DNA of 64,000 nt from Actinomycetes bacterium (GTDB lineage Bacteria; Actinomycetota; Acidimicrobiia; Acidimicrobiales; CADCSY01): contig JANNNX010000009.1 of assembly GCA_031398745.1 (NCBI GenBank), positions 4,038 to 68,037 of the forward strand. Direction: 5' to 3'. Shown piece by piece: positions 39,964 through 48,907 of the stretch; the stretch's first letter is position 1; each line of letters starts with the position of its first letter. The notes beneath the pieces were generated by a model. That model ran no database searches and was not told where the DNA came from. It saw only the letters and a list, made by a program, of their open reading frames with translations. A program made the position numbers and the translations under genes.

Positions 39964-40102
39964 GGGAGCGGACCCTAGCCCTGCCCGGCCGACCCTGCTC
40001 GCCTTCCTTGTCATCTCCTGCCATCTGGTTGCACGGTTCGAGGCGAACTGATACTCAGTGAACCAGTACGACCACGGAGCACGGTCGAAGTGACCGAGGT
40101 CC

Positions 40103-40852
40103 GTGGCTGTGCGGGCGCGATTGGTGGGCGGTTTCGAGGGAGGCCGGGTGGTGGCGGTGGACGTAGAGGCGCGCGGCAACGGCGCGGCGCGAGGCGAGCT
40201 GGGGGAAGCCGGCCCGCGTCAGGTGATCCGACCCCGCTCGGCGCGGGGGTCGCTTCCGGGGGCGCGTCCGGTCGTCGGGGGTCTGCTCGTGGCCCTTAGT
40301 GTCCTCGGTCTGCTGGCCAGCTATCGGGCCGCCACCGACGCGCCGTCGACCCGTTACGTCGTCGCCGCCCGCGATGTCGGACCCGGCCAGCAGCTGGAGG
40401 CTGCCGACCTCGACCTGGTCGAGATCGACCTGCCACCCACGCTGGCCGGCCACGCCTTCAAAGACGTCGCCACCCTGCTCGGCGCCACCTCGATCGCGGC
40501 CGTCGAAGCCGGTGAACTCGTGCAGCACGGCGCCGTGACCCGGCCCGAAGGGGCCCCCGAGCGGGCCCAGATCTCCATCCCGGTCGCACCCAGCCGGGCG
40601 CTGCAGGGCCAGCTCCGCCCCGGTGACCGGGTCGACGTCATCGTCACCGACGATCGTTCGGGGGGTCCGGTCACCACCACCGTCGTGGCGGGCGCCACCG
40701 TGGTGGAGGTCTTCGGGGTCGGCGACGCGCTGGGCGCGGGCAGTTCGATCACCGTGACGCTGTCGGTGCCGCCGTCGGTCCTCGAGGCCGTGGCCGAGGC
40801 CGCGTCGGTAGGGGACGTGACCCTGGCTCGGACGACCGGCGTGACCTCGTGA
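40103..40852 (+). CDS. SAF-domain Flp pilus assembly protein (CpaB/RcpC-like)
   Basis: TM helix, VVAARDVGPGQQL (SAF), LRPGDRVDVI; start uncertain. Confidence 0.8.
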   Translation: MAVRARLVGGFEGGRVVAVDVEARGNGAARGELGEAGPRQVIRPRSARGSLPGARPVVGGLLVALSVLGLLASYRAATDAPSTRYVVAARDVGPGQQLEAADLDLVEIDLPPTLAGHAFKDVATLLGATSIAAVEAGELVQHGAVTRPEGAPERAQISIPVAPSRALQGQLRPGDRVDVIVTDDRSGGPVTTTVVAGATVVEVFGVGDALGAGSSITVTLSVPPSVLEAVAEAASVGDVTLARTTGVTS

Positions 40853-42153
40853 CTTCCGCCCGCTTCGTCGTCCTCGGCCTTGCTCGTCCGCGCGCCTCGT
40901 GGTTCACCGCCATCGGACGATGGTCGACGTCGGGCGCGGTCCCGGTCGAGTTCGTGCGCTGCCTGTCGCCCGAGGAGCTTCGTGCTCGCCTGGACTCCGG
41001 TCGTCGATGGTCAGCGGTGCTCCTCGACGGGGGACTTCCGTCCGTGGATCGCGACCTGCTGTCGCTCTGCGGGGCCGCGGCGGCCGCCCCGCTGGTGGTG
41101 GCGGCCGGCGCCACGGGCGTCGACTGGTTGGCGCTGGGGGCCGCCGGTGTCCTGCCGGAGGACTTCCAGCGCCAGGACCTGGTGGCCGCCCTCGACAGCC
41201 ACGCGGTGGTCGTCGATACCGCCGCTCCCGCGGTGTCGGTGGATCGGGTCTCCGATGAGGGCGCGACGGGTGGCGGCGCCCTCCTGGTGGCGGTGTGCGG
41301 GAGCGGTGGGGTCGGCGCGTCGACGGTGGCCATGGCCACGGCTCAAGGGCTGGCCCGGGCGCGACCCCAGGATGAGGTCCTGCTCGTCGATCTCGCACTT
41401 CGGGCCGAGCTGGCGGTGTTGCACGACGTCGGCGACGTGGTCCCCGGGATTCAGGAGCTGATCGATCTCCATCGCCTCCGTGATGCCGGTCGGGAGGAGG
41501 TGCGGGCGCTCACGTGGGACGTGGTCGACCGTGGCTACCGGCTGCTGCTGGGTCTTCGGCGACCGACGGCATGGACGACGCTGCGTCCGACCGCCTTCCG
41601 GGCCGCGTTCGCCAGCCTGTCCGTACAGTTCGATGCTGTCGTCTGCGATCTGACGGCCGACTTCGAGAGCGAGACCGACACCGGCTCAGCCGACATCGGC
41701 GATCGCACCTTGATGGCTCGCACCGCGGTGACGTCGGCCGATGTCGTGCTGGCGGTGGGGGCGACGGGTACCAAGGGCGTGCACAGCCTGGTGCGGTTGC
41801 TGGGTGACCTGGCAGTAGTCGGGGTGCCCGCCGGCCGGGTGGTCCCGGTGCTGAACCAGGCGCCCCGGTCGCCGGTGGCCCGGGCGGTGCTGACCCGGAC
41901 CATCGCCGAGTTGTCGGCGCCGGTGATGGCCCGGGGTCGGACCTCGAGCCCGGTCTACCTGCCCACCCGCCGGGTCGACGACGCCATTCGCGACGTCACC
42001 GCGATGCCGGGTCCGCTTCCCGAGCTGCTGGCCGGGGCGGTGCTCGCGGTGGTGGCTCGCCTCGGTGTCCACGAATCGGGTCGGGGTTGGGTCGATGCCC
42101 CGGTGCCCGTGCGCCCGGGGTCGGTCGGCACCTACGCCGGGGAGTCGACGTGA
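40849..42153 (+). CDS. CpaE/TadZ/Ssd-like MinD-type protein
   Basis: Deviant Walker A GSGGVGAST, LLVDL, AVVCDL; first in Tad operon order. Confidence 0.75.
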   Translation: MTSARFVVLGLARPRASWFTAIGRWSTSGAVPVEFVRCLSPEELRARLDSGRRWSAVLLDGGLPSVDRDLLSLCGAAAAAPLVVAAGATGVDWLALGAAGVLPEDFQRQDLVAALDSHAVVVDTAAPAVSVDRVSDEGATGGGALLVAVCGSGGVGASTVAMATAQGLARARPQDEVLLVDLALRAELAVLHDVGDVVPGIQELIDLHRLRDAGREEVRALTWDVVDRGYRLLLGLRRPTAWTTLRPTAFRAAFASLSVQFDAVVCDLTADFESETDTGSADIGDRTLMARTAVTSADVVLAVGATGTKGVHSLVRLLGDLAVVGVPAGRVVPVLNQAPRSPVARAVLTRTIAELSAPVMARGRTSSPVYLPTRRVDDAIRDVTAMPGPLPELLAGAVLAVVARLGVHESGRGWVDAPVPVRPGSVGTYAGEST

Positions 42154-43454
42154 GCCGGTCGAACGAGCGGTCGCCGCTGGAAGAGATCGAAGGGAGAGTG
42201 CTCGCCCGGGCGAAGCACGAGCACCTCGACATTGACCACCACGACGGCTTGTTGTCGCTGCGCGACATGGTCGACGAGGAGGTCGGGCGGTGGAACGACG
42301 ATCACCGCCGAGGGTTGCGGCCCTACGAGCTGGCGGATCCGTCAGGAGTCGCGGACCGGGCCACCCGGAACCTGTCCGGCTACGGGCCCCTCGAGCCCCT
42401 GCTGGCCGATCCGGACGTCTGGGAGATCATGATCAACAGTCCGGATGCCATTTTCGTCCGGCGTCATCGCGGGCGATCGGGGTACCACGACGAGACGTTC
42501 CACGACGACGAGCACGTCCTGCGCACGCTGACCAAGATCCTCGACGACGCGTCGGGGGCCCACCGCAAGCTCGACCCGGCCGAGGGACTCCAGGACGCGC
42601 AGCTCGAGGACGGTGCACGGCTGCACATCGTCCATGGCGATATCGGTCGAGGCGGCCACGTCCTGGTCAACATCCGCCGCTTCACCGGGACGCGCTTCCG
42701 TTCGCTCGATGAGCTGGTGGCACTCGACATGTTGGATCCCGACCCCGCCGCGTTCCTCCGAGCAGCAGTGAAGGCGCGCCTGTCGATCGTGTTCGCCGGC
42801 CCGCCGGGAGCGGGCAAGACGACCTTGCTGTCGTGTTGCGCGGCCGAACTCGACCCGTCGCTGCGGGTGGCGGTGGCCGAGGAGGTCTTCGAGGTCGACG
42901 TGCCCCTGCCCAACGTGGCCAGCATGCAGACCCGACCAGCTCGGTCCGAGCGGTCCGAGATCGACCTGCGGCGCCTGGTCGCCGGGTTCCTTCGTATGGC
43001 GCCCGACGTCGCCATCGTGGGGGAGGTACGCGATCGCGAGGCTCTGCCCCTCCTCTTGACCCTCTCGTCGGGGGTGAAGGGATACACGACCATCCACGCC
43101 GGCTCTGCCCGCCAGGCCCTGACCCGGTTGCGGTTCATCTGCCAGCTGGCCGACACCCGTTCCGAGCTGCCGATGTCGGCGCTCAACAGCCTGGTCAGCG
43201 AGGCGATCGATCTGGTCGTGCACTGCCGACGGGTCGAGGGCCGACCGGTGGTGGGTGAGATCCTCGCCGTCGAGGACGTGCGGTCCGGACCGGAGGCGAC
43301 CGCCTTCACGGTCACCGACCTCTACCGCCGAGCCGAGCCGGGGTCGCCGTTGCTCTGGACCGGAAACGTGCCGATCCGGGCCCGCCCGACCTTCGAGGAG
43401 GCGGGGATCGACATCGGGTCTGTCCTCGATCCCCGCCGGGAGGGACCGCGATGA
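42150..43454 (+). CDS. CpaF/TadA pilus assembly ATPase
   Basis: YGPLEPLL.DP.V.EIMIN, GPPGAGKTT, LRMAPD.AIVGEVR, TTIHA. Confidence 0.92.
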   Translation: MSRSNERSPLEEIEGRVLARAKHEHLDIDHHDGLLSLRDMVDEEVGRWNDDHRRGLRPYELADPSGVADRATRNLSGYGPLEPLLADPDVWEIMINSPDAIFVRRHRGRSGYHDETFHDDEHVLRTLTKILDDASGAHRKLDPAEGLQDAQLEDGARLHIVHGDIGRGGHVLVNIRRFTGTRFRSLDELVALDMLDPDPAAFLRAAVKARLSIVFAGPPGAGKTTLLSCCAAELDPSLRVAVAEEVFEVDVPLPNVASMQTRPARSERSEIDLRRLVAGFLRMAPDVAIVGEVRDREALPLLLTLSSGVKGYTTIHAGSARQALTRLRFICQLADTRSELPMSALNSLVSEAIDLVVHCRRVEGRPVVGEILAVEDVRSGPEATAFTVTDLYRRAEPGSPLLWTGNVPIRARPTFEEAGIDIGSVLDPRREGPR

Positions 43455-44350
43455 CGGCGCTGGTCCTGGCCATGGTGGCGGGTTACGGCGTCCACCTGGT
43501 GTTCAGCGGGGCCGTGCTCGGTTGGCACGGACTGGGCCCGGGACCGGCCTCCACACGGGCCGCGGGCGGGAACCCGCTCGCCCTGTGGCGGTGGGCGAGT
43601 GCGGCCGCGCCGACACCGGAGTTAGTGGCCGCGCTGGTGGTCGTGGGCGTGAGCGCGGCGGCCGGCACGTTCGCGGTCTTCGGTGGGCTGGTCGCTCCCG
43701 TGGTCGCCGCCACCCTGGCGATGACCGCACCGGTGGCCGCCTCCCGGGCGGCGCACGAGCGCCAGCGCCTCGCCGCCCGTGGTGCCTGGCCTCGGATGAT
43801 CGAGGAGGTCCGCCTCGGAGCTACGGCGCTCGGACTTTCCATCCCGGCTGCTCTCTTCGAGGCCGGGAGTAGGGCGCCGACGGTGATGCAGGGCGCCTTC
43901 GTGGCCGCCCAGCGCGAGTGGCTGCTGTCCACCGATTTCGAGCGCTCCCTCGACGTCCTGACCACCGAACTGGACGACGCCACGGCCGACGCGGTTGCCG
44001 AGACGCTCCTCGTGGCCCACCAGATCGGGGGCACCGAGATCGACCGGACCCTGGCGTCGCTGGCCGAGGACAGGATCCTCGACCTCGAGGGTCGTCGCGA
44101 CGCCGAAGCTCGTCAGGCGGGCGCCCGCTTCGCCCGGTGGTTCGTCCTGGTGGTGCCCGCCGGCATGGCCCTGGTCGGACTCGGCGTCGGTACCGGCCGG
44201 GCCGCCTACGGCGAGGCCGGGGCCCAGCTGGTCGTGGCCGCCGCGCTGGCATCGATCGCCGGTTGCTGGCTGTGGGCCAGCACCATCATGCGCCTCCCGC
44301 GGGAGACCAGGGTCTTCGCTGGCCGGCGGCCCCTCGGAGAGCCCCGGTGA
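43451..44350 (+). CDS. TadB-like (type II secretion system F family) membrane protein
   Basis: AWP..IE, DA..D.V.ETL, TM helices; follows TadA. Confidence 0.8.
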   Translation: MTALVLAMVAGYGVHLVFSGAVLGWHGLGPGPASTRAAGGNPLALWRWASAAAPTPELVAALVVVGVSAAAGTFAVFGGLVAPVVAATLAMTAPVAASRAAHERQRLAARGAWPRMIEEVRLGATALGLSIPAALFEAGSRAPTVMQGAFVAAQREWLLSTDFERSLDVLTTELDDATADAVAETLLVAHQIGGTEIDRTLASLAEDRILDLEGRRDAEARQAGARFARWFVLVVPAGMALVGLGVGTGRAAYGEAGAQLVVAAALASIAGCWLWASTIMRLPRETRVFAGRRPLGEPR

Positions 44351-45249
44351 CCAGTCGGCTGCCGTTCGCCTCGCTGATCCTGCTCTGGGTCGGAGCGACC
44401 TTGCTGTTGAGTGAGCGACGCTGGTTCAGTCGGGTCTCGCTGGTCTCTCGCCTCGGACCCCACGCCGTCGGGGGAGTTCGGGGCGCCGGGTCGGGGGTGC
44501 TGTCGGTCGGATCCCTGCGCGACCTGGTGCTGCCGCTGGCCGAGGTCGTCGCCGGCTGGCTCCGTGGACTCGGGCTGACCGACGATGTCGAGCGGCGACT
44601 GGCCCGGGTCCATGCCGAGTCGGACGTGGGGTCGTTCCGCGCCCGTCAGGTCGCGTGGGCGCTCGGCGGACTGGTGGGTGGCGCCTTGGTGGCCGCCGCC
44701 CTCGGCGCCCCCCCAGCGATCGCCCTCCTCCTCCTTCTCGCCGGCCCGGTGGTGGGTGTGCTGGTGCCCGAGCAGCTCCTGGCGCTGCAGGCGAGGACCT
44801 GGCAGCGACGGCTCTTCCTCGAGCTCCCGGTGGTGAGCGAGCAGCTGGCCCTGCTCCTGTCGGCGGGCTGGTCGCTCGGTGCTGCCCTCGGCCGGGTCTC
44901 GGAGCGGGGCTCGGGGGCTTGCGCCCGTGATCTCGACCGGGTGGGCCGACGCGTCCGTCAAGGCCTTTCCGAGACCGAGGCACTGCGGGAGTGGGCCGAG
45001 GTCGCGGCGTTGCCAGCGGTCGATCGCCTGGTGTCGGTCCTGGCCCTCCATCGACACACGTCCGACCTCGGCCGACTGCTCTCGGAGGAGGCCCGGGCGC
45101 TACGTCGAGCGGTGCACCGAGAGCTCATCGAGAGCGCCGAGCGGCGGGCCCAGCAGGTCTGGATCCCGGTGACGGTCGCCACGCTCGTGCCCGGCGTGGT
45201 CTTCCTGGCGATCCCATTCGTCGACGCCCTCGACCGCTTCGGCGGGTGA
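44347..45249 (+). CDS. TadC-like (type II secretion system F family) membrane protein
   Basis: ELPVVSEQLALLLSAG.S, C-terminal WIPV..TL.PG..FLA.P. Confidence 0.8.
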   Translation: MTSRLPFASLILLWVGATLLLSERRWFSRVSLVSRLGPHAVGGVRGAGSGVLSVGSLRDLVLPLAEVVAGWLRGLGLTDDVERRLARVHAESDVGSFRARQVAWALGGLVGGALVAAALGAPPAIALLLLLAGPVVGVLVPEQLLALQARTWQRRLFLELPVVSEQLALLLSAGWSLGAALGRVSERGSGACARDLDRVGRRVRQGLSETEALREWAEVAALPAVDRLVSVLALHRHTSDLGRLLSEEARALRRAVHRELIESAERRAQQVWIPVTVATLVPGVVFLAIPFVDALDRFGG

Positions 45250-45280
45250 CGGCGTACCAGTTCCCGAGGGAGGAGAGCAG

Positions 45281-45472
45281 ATGGTGGAGATGCTGAGGGT
45301 GTTGCGGGCAGTGGCCGACCGGCTCCGTGGCCAACGAGGTGAGGGCGTCATCTCGACGGCCATCGCCGTGTTGATCATGGCCGTGATCGGTTTGGCCATG
45401 TGGGTGACCTTCGACCGGGTCTTCGACGATGCCGGCGAGCGGGTGGAGGATCACGTCCAGCAGATCGGCTGA
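45281..45472 (+). CDS. Flp-type major pilin (non-canonical)
   Basis: 63 aa; basic leader ending RG then hydrophobic helix; strong RBS GGAGGAG. Confidence 0.7.
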   Translation: MVEMLRVLRAVADRLRGQRGEGVISTAIAVLIMAVIGLAMWVTFDRVFDDAGERVEDHVQQIG

Positions 45473-45866
45473 GGGGAGCGACGCCGGCGTCGGCCTGATC
45501 GGCACGCTGGTCGGCGTCGTTGTCATCCTCAGCTTCTTGCTGCTCGCGGTCCAGGTCGTGCTCGGTCTCTACGAGACATCGATGGTCACTGCTGCGGGGT
45601 TCGACGCGGCCCGTCTGGTTGCCGGCTCAGCCGGTGGCGAGGCGAACGAGTCAGCGGCCGAGGACCACGCCCGATCGCTTCTCGGGGCCCGGGGTGCGGC
45701 ACTGCGGTTCGAGTGGGCCTACCGCGACACCGACTCGATTCCCGGGGTGGACGTGGTCGAGCTCCACCTGGTGGCGGCGCCCCGGCGGCCGCTGCTGCCA
45801 CTCGTGCCCGACCAGCTCTTGGGCGTGGACCGGACCTTCGTCGTCCGAATCGAGCAGGTCCGGTGA
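45429..45866 (+). CDS. TadE-like minor pilin
   Basis: DAG plus hydrophobic helix, AA..DAARL.A motif; start uncertain. Confidence 0.65.
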   Translation: MPASGWRITSSRSAEGSDAGVGLIGTLVGVVVILSFLLLAVQVVLGLYETSMVTAAGFDAARLVAGSAGGEANESAAEDHARSLLGARGAALRFEWAYRDTDSIPGVDVVELHLVAAPRRPLLPLVPDQLLGVDRTFVVRIEQVR

Positions 45867-46357
45867 GCGGGTTCGTTCGCCGCCGGCTGTCCGACGAGCG
45901 GGGGGTGGTCGGGGGCTTCGAGGCCCTGCCGTTCGGCATCCTGGTGTTCGTCGTCGGGCTGTTGCTCCTGGTCGACGGCTGGGCGGTAGTCGACGCCAAG
46001 CTGGCGGTCTCGGCCGCGGCCCGGGAGGCGACGCGGACCTTCGTCGAGTCGGGCTCCGGCTCGACCCAGGCAGCCGCAGCCGCGGGCGAAGCGGCCGCCC
46101 TCGATGCCGTTCTTGCCCAGCAGGCCCATCCCGGTGCGATCGAGGTTCGGTGGGAGGAGCCGGTGCGTCTCGAGCGCTGCGCGCCGGTGACGGCAGTGGT
46201 GCGCCAGCGGGTGGCTCTGGTGAACCTTCCCTGGATTGGCGGCATCGGACCCGGTGCGATCACGGTCGAGGGACGCCACCGGGAGGTGGTGGACCCGTAT
46301 CGCGACGGCGTGCCCGGCACCGAGGACGGCCTGGTCGAGAGCGGGCCGTGCGGATGA
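45863..46357 (+). CDS. TadE-like minor pilin
   Basis: DERG plus hydrophobic helix, AAAREATR motif. Confidence 0.75.
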   Translation: MSGFVRRRLSDERGVVGGFEALPFGILVFVVGLLLLVDGWAVVDAKLAVSAAAREATRTFVESGSGSTQAAAAAGEAAALDAVLAQQAHPGAIEVRWEEPVRLERCAPVTAVVRQRVALVNLPWIGGIGPGAITVEGRHREVVDPYRDGVPGTEDGLVESGPCG

Positions 46358-46833
46358 CCTCGCCCTCTGGCGAATCCCGGCCGCTCGATGGCGAGCGGGC
46401 CAGCGTCCTGGCCCTGCTGCCGGCGGCGGTGCTGGTGTTCCTCGTCCTCGGGGCCCTCGCGTTCGATGTTGCAGTCGCCTTCCAGGGAGAGCGCCAGGTG
46501 GCCAACTTGGCCGCCGCGGCGGCCAACGACGCCGCCACCCGGGGTCTCGATCTCGACCGCTTCTATGCCGACGGATCGATCGTTCTCGATCCGTCGAATG
46601 TCGAGCAGATCGTGGGCGACGCGGTCGAGATCCAGCGATTGGGAGACGACGCCCTGGAGGACGTCGACGTCGTCGTGGCCCTGGGGGCCGAGGGCGCGTC
46701 GGTGACGGTCACCGTGTCGGCCCGGGTCCCCTACGTGTTCTCCAAGGCCCTACCCGGAGGCCCCGACAGTGTGACGGTGTCGGCGTCGAGCACGTTCGAC
46801 GCCGTCGCCCCGGGCTTGCCGGATCCGCCCTGA
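46354..46833 (+). CDS. TadG/TadE-like pilin
   Basis: ERAS plus hydrophobic helix, AFD, LAAAAANDAA, VTVTVSARV. Confidence 0.7.
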   Translation: MTSPSGESRPLDGERASVLALLPAAVLVFLVLGALAFDVAVAFQGERQVANLAAAAANDAATRGLDLDRFYADGSIVLDPSNVEQIVGDAVEIQRLGDDALEDVDVVVALGAEGASVTVTVSARVPYVFSKALPGGPDSVTVSASSTFDAVAPGLPDPP

Positions 46834-46842
46834 GGCGCCAAT

Positions 46843-47589
46843 ATGCATGAGATGACACGAAAGACATGTGCTGTGGGCCGAGCCACCGGCTGGCTGACGC
46901 TGTTGACCCTGACCGGATCGGTCGCCTGGTTCACCGGTGAGCCGCTGCGGGTGCCCGGCGCGGGTCTGGCGAACTGGCTGGCGTGGATGGAGGCCCGTGG
47001 TCCCGACGGAGCCGCGCTCGACGTGGGTCGCGTGGCGGTGCTGGCCGTCGTCGCCTACCTGGTGGTGGTGACGCTGGCTGGAGGTGCCGCCCGAGCTCTC
47101 GGGCAGGTGTCGGTGACCGCCTGGCTCGACCGCTGGACGCTGCCGATGGTGCGTCGGGTGTTGGCCGGGGGGACGGCGGCGGCGATGGTGGCGACGTTGG
47201 CGGCGACGCCGGTCGCCAGCGCTGGCTCGCTACCGTCGTCCACGGGTGCTCGCCTGACGGTGGTGTCACCCAGCCCGCCGACCACACCGAGTGCGGCACC
47301 CGTGATGAGGGCGGGGACTGTGGTGGCGCCGACCGACCCCGGTCCGCAACCCTCAGTCACCAGCGAGGCGCCCGCCACCCCGGTCGAACGGGTGCTGGTG
47401 CCCGGCGACCACCTCTGGTCGGTGGCGGCCGAGGTGGTGGCCGGGCAGCTCGGCCGGTCGCCGAACGAGGGCGAGGTGGCCCGGTACTGGGCTCGCCTGG
47501 TGGCGGCCAATGTCGACCGGCTGGCCGACCCGGCCAATCCCGACCTGGTCTTCGCGGGCGACACCGTGGTCCTGCCGCCGGCTGCCTGA
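46843..47589 (+). CDS. Membrane-anchored LysM peptidoglycan-binding protein
   Basis: N-terminal TM helices, Pro/Thr linker, VPGDHLWSVA...NPDLVFAG..V.LP. Confidence 0.8.
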   Translation: MHEMTRKTCAVGRATGWLTLLTLTGSVAWFTGEPLRVPGAGLANWLAWMEARGPDGAALDVGRVAVLAVVAYLVVVTLAGGAARALGQVSVTAWLDRWTLPMVRRVLAGGTAAAMVATLAATPVASAGSLPSSTGARLTVVSPSPPTTPSAAPVMRAGTVVAPTDPGPQPSVTSEAPATPVERVLVPGDHLWSVAAEVVAGQLGRSPNEGEVARYWARLVAANVDRLADPANPDLVFAGDTVVLPPAA

Positions 47590-47704
47590 GCGACGTTCCG
47601 GCGACCTTCTGCGGGCCATCCTCGCAGGTCAGGGGGTTCCCAGGAACCGCCATGTACGGGCGTGGCAGGCTTCTGGGTACTCGTGGTGCGAGAGGAGGTC
47701 CCCC

Positions 47705-48907
47705 GTGACTCTCGTGAGCACGTCTGCGCCGACCTCGGTGCACAACGGTCCCGTCCGCATCACTCCCCGTCGCCCCCGGCTCTCGCTCGGCCTGGTGGGG
47801 ACCTTCCCGCCGACCCAGTGCGGCATCGCCACCTTCACCGCTGCCCTGCACCGGACCCTGGCCGACCACGGTGGAGACCTCGGGGTCGTCGAGCTGGTCG
47901 ACGGAGTCGGCCTGGTCCCGCGCTCGGCATCCGCCGGGGTCGTGCACCAATGGCGACACCACGACCGGGGCTCGCTCACCGAGGCCATCGACGTCCTCGA
48001 CCGCTTCGACGCCACCATCATCCAGCACGAGTACGGCATCTTCGGCGGTCGCGACGGCGACGAGGTGCTCGAGCTCGTCGATCGGACCGCCCGGCCGACC
48101 ATCGTCGTGCTCCATACCGTGCTGCGCGACCCCTCACTCCGCCAGCGCAGCATCATCGAGCTCCTGGGGGAGCGGGCCGGCGCCCTGGTAGTGATGAGCG
48201 AGGCGGCTCGACGTCGGCTGCTCAGCCGCTACCGGGTGCCGCCGGGCGCCGTCTCGGTGATCCCCCACGGTGCGGCCGACAACCGCCGGCCCCTGCCCCC
48301 GCCCGGCGATCGCCCCGTGATCCTGACCTGGGGCCTGCTCGGCCCGGGCAAAGGCATCGAGTGGGTCATCGACGGCCTCGACGCGGTGCGCGGCCTCGAC
48401 CCCGCCCCCCGCTACCTAGTGGCCGGCGAGACCCACCCCAAGGTCAAGGCCGCGCACGGCGAGACCTACCGCCAGTCGCTGCTCGAGCGGGCTCAGGCCC
48501 GGGGGGTCGCCCACCTCGTGGAGTTCGACGACCGCTACCGCAGCGTGGCTCAGCTCAACGAGGTGGTGGCCCAGGCCAGCGTGGTCGTCCTGCCCTACGA
48601 GTCGACCGAGCAGATCACCTCCGGGGTGCTGGTCGACGCCCTGGCCTCGGGACGCCCGGTCGTCGCCACCGCCTTCCCCCATGCCCTCGAGGTGCTCGAA
48701 GGCGGGGCTGGGGTGATCGTGCCCCACGGCGACCCGGCCGCCCTCGGTCGCGCCCTGCGGGATCTGCTGACCGACCGCGACCGCCTCGAGGCCATGGCCC
48801 AGAGAGCCACGTCCCAGGCGGTCGACCTGCTGTGGCCGGCCGTCGGCGAGCGGTACCTGGCGTTGGCCCACCAGCTGGTGGCCGACGACTTCGTCGCCAC
48901 CGCATGA
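47705..48907 (+). CDS. Glycosyltransferase family 4
   Basis: GTFPPTQCGIATF, QHEYGIFGG, WGLLGPGKGIE, QITSGVL. Confidence 0.9.
   Translation: MTLVSTSAPTSVHNGPVRITPRRPRLSLGLVGTFPPTQCGIATFTAALHRTLADHGGDLGVVELVDGVGLVPRSASAGVVHQWRHHDRGSLTEAIDVLDRFDATIIQHEYGIFGGRDGDEVLELVDRTARPTIVVLHTVLRDPSLRQRSIIELLGERAGALVVMSEAARRRLLSRYRVPPGAVSVIPHGAADNRRPLPPPGDRPVILTWGLLGPGKGIEWVIDGLDAVRGLDPAPRYLVAGETHPKVKAAHGETYRQSLLERAQARGVAHLVEFDDRYRSVAQLNEVVAQASVVVLPYESTEQITSGVLVDALASGRPVVATAFPHALEVLEGGAGVIVPHGDPAALGRALRDLLTDRDRLEAMAQRATSQAVDLLWPAVGERYLALAHQLVADDFVATA

Noticed and set aside
39718-47589. Possible ICE or conjugative element (excisionase-like gene plus secretion ATPase)
   Set aside because: No integrase, relaxase, VirB4/VirD4 or att repeats; the ATPase and neighbours are Tad-type and composition matches the host
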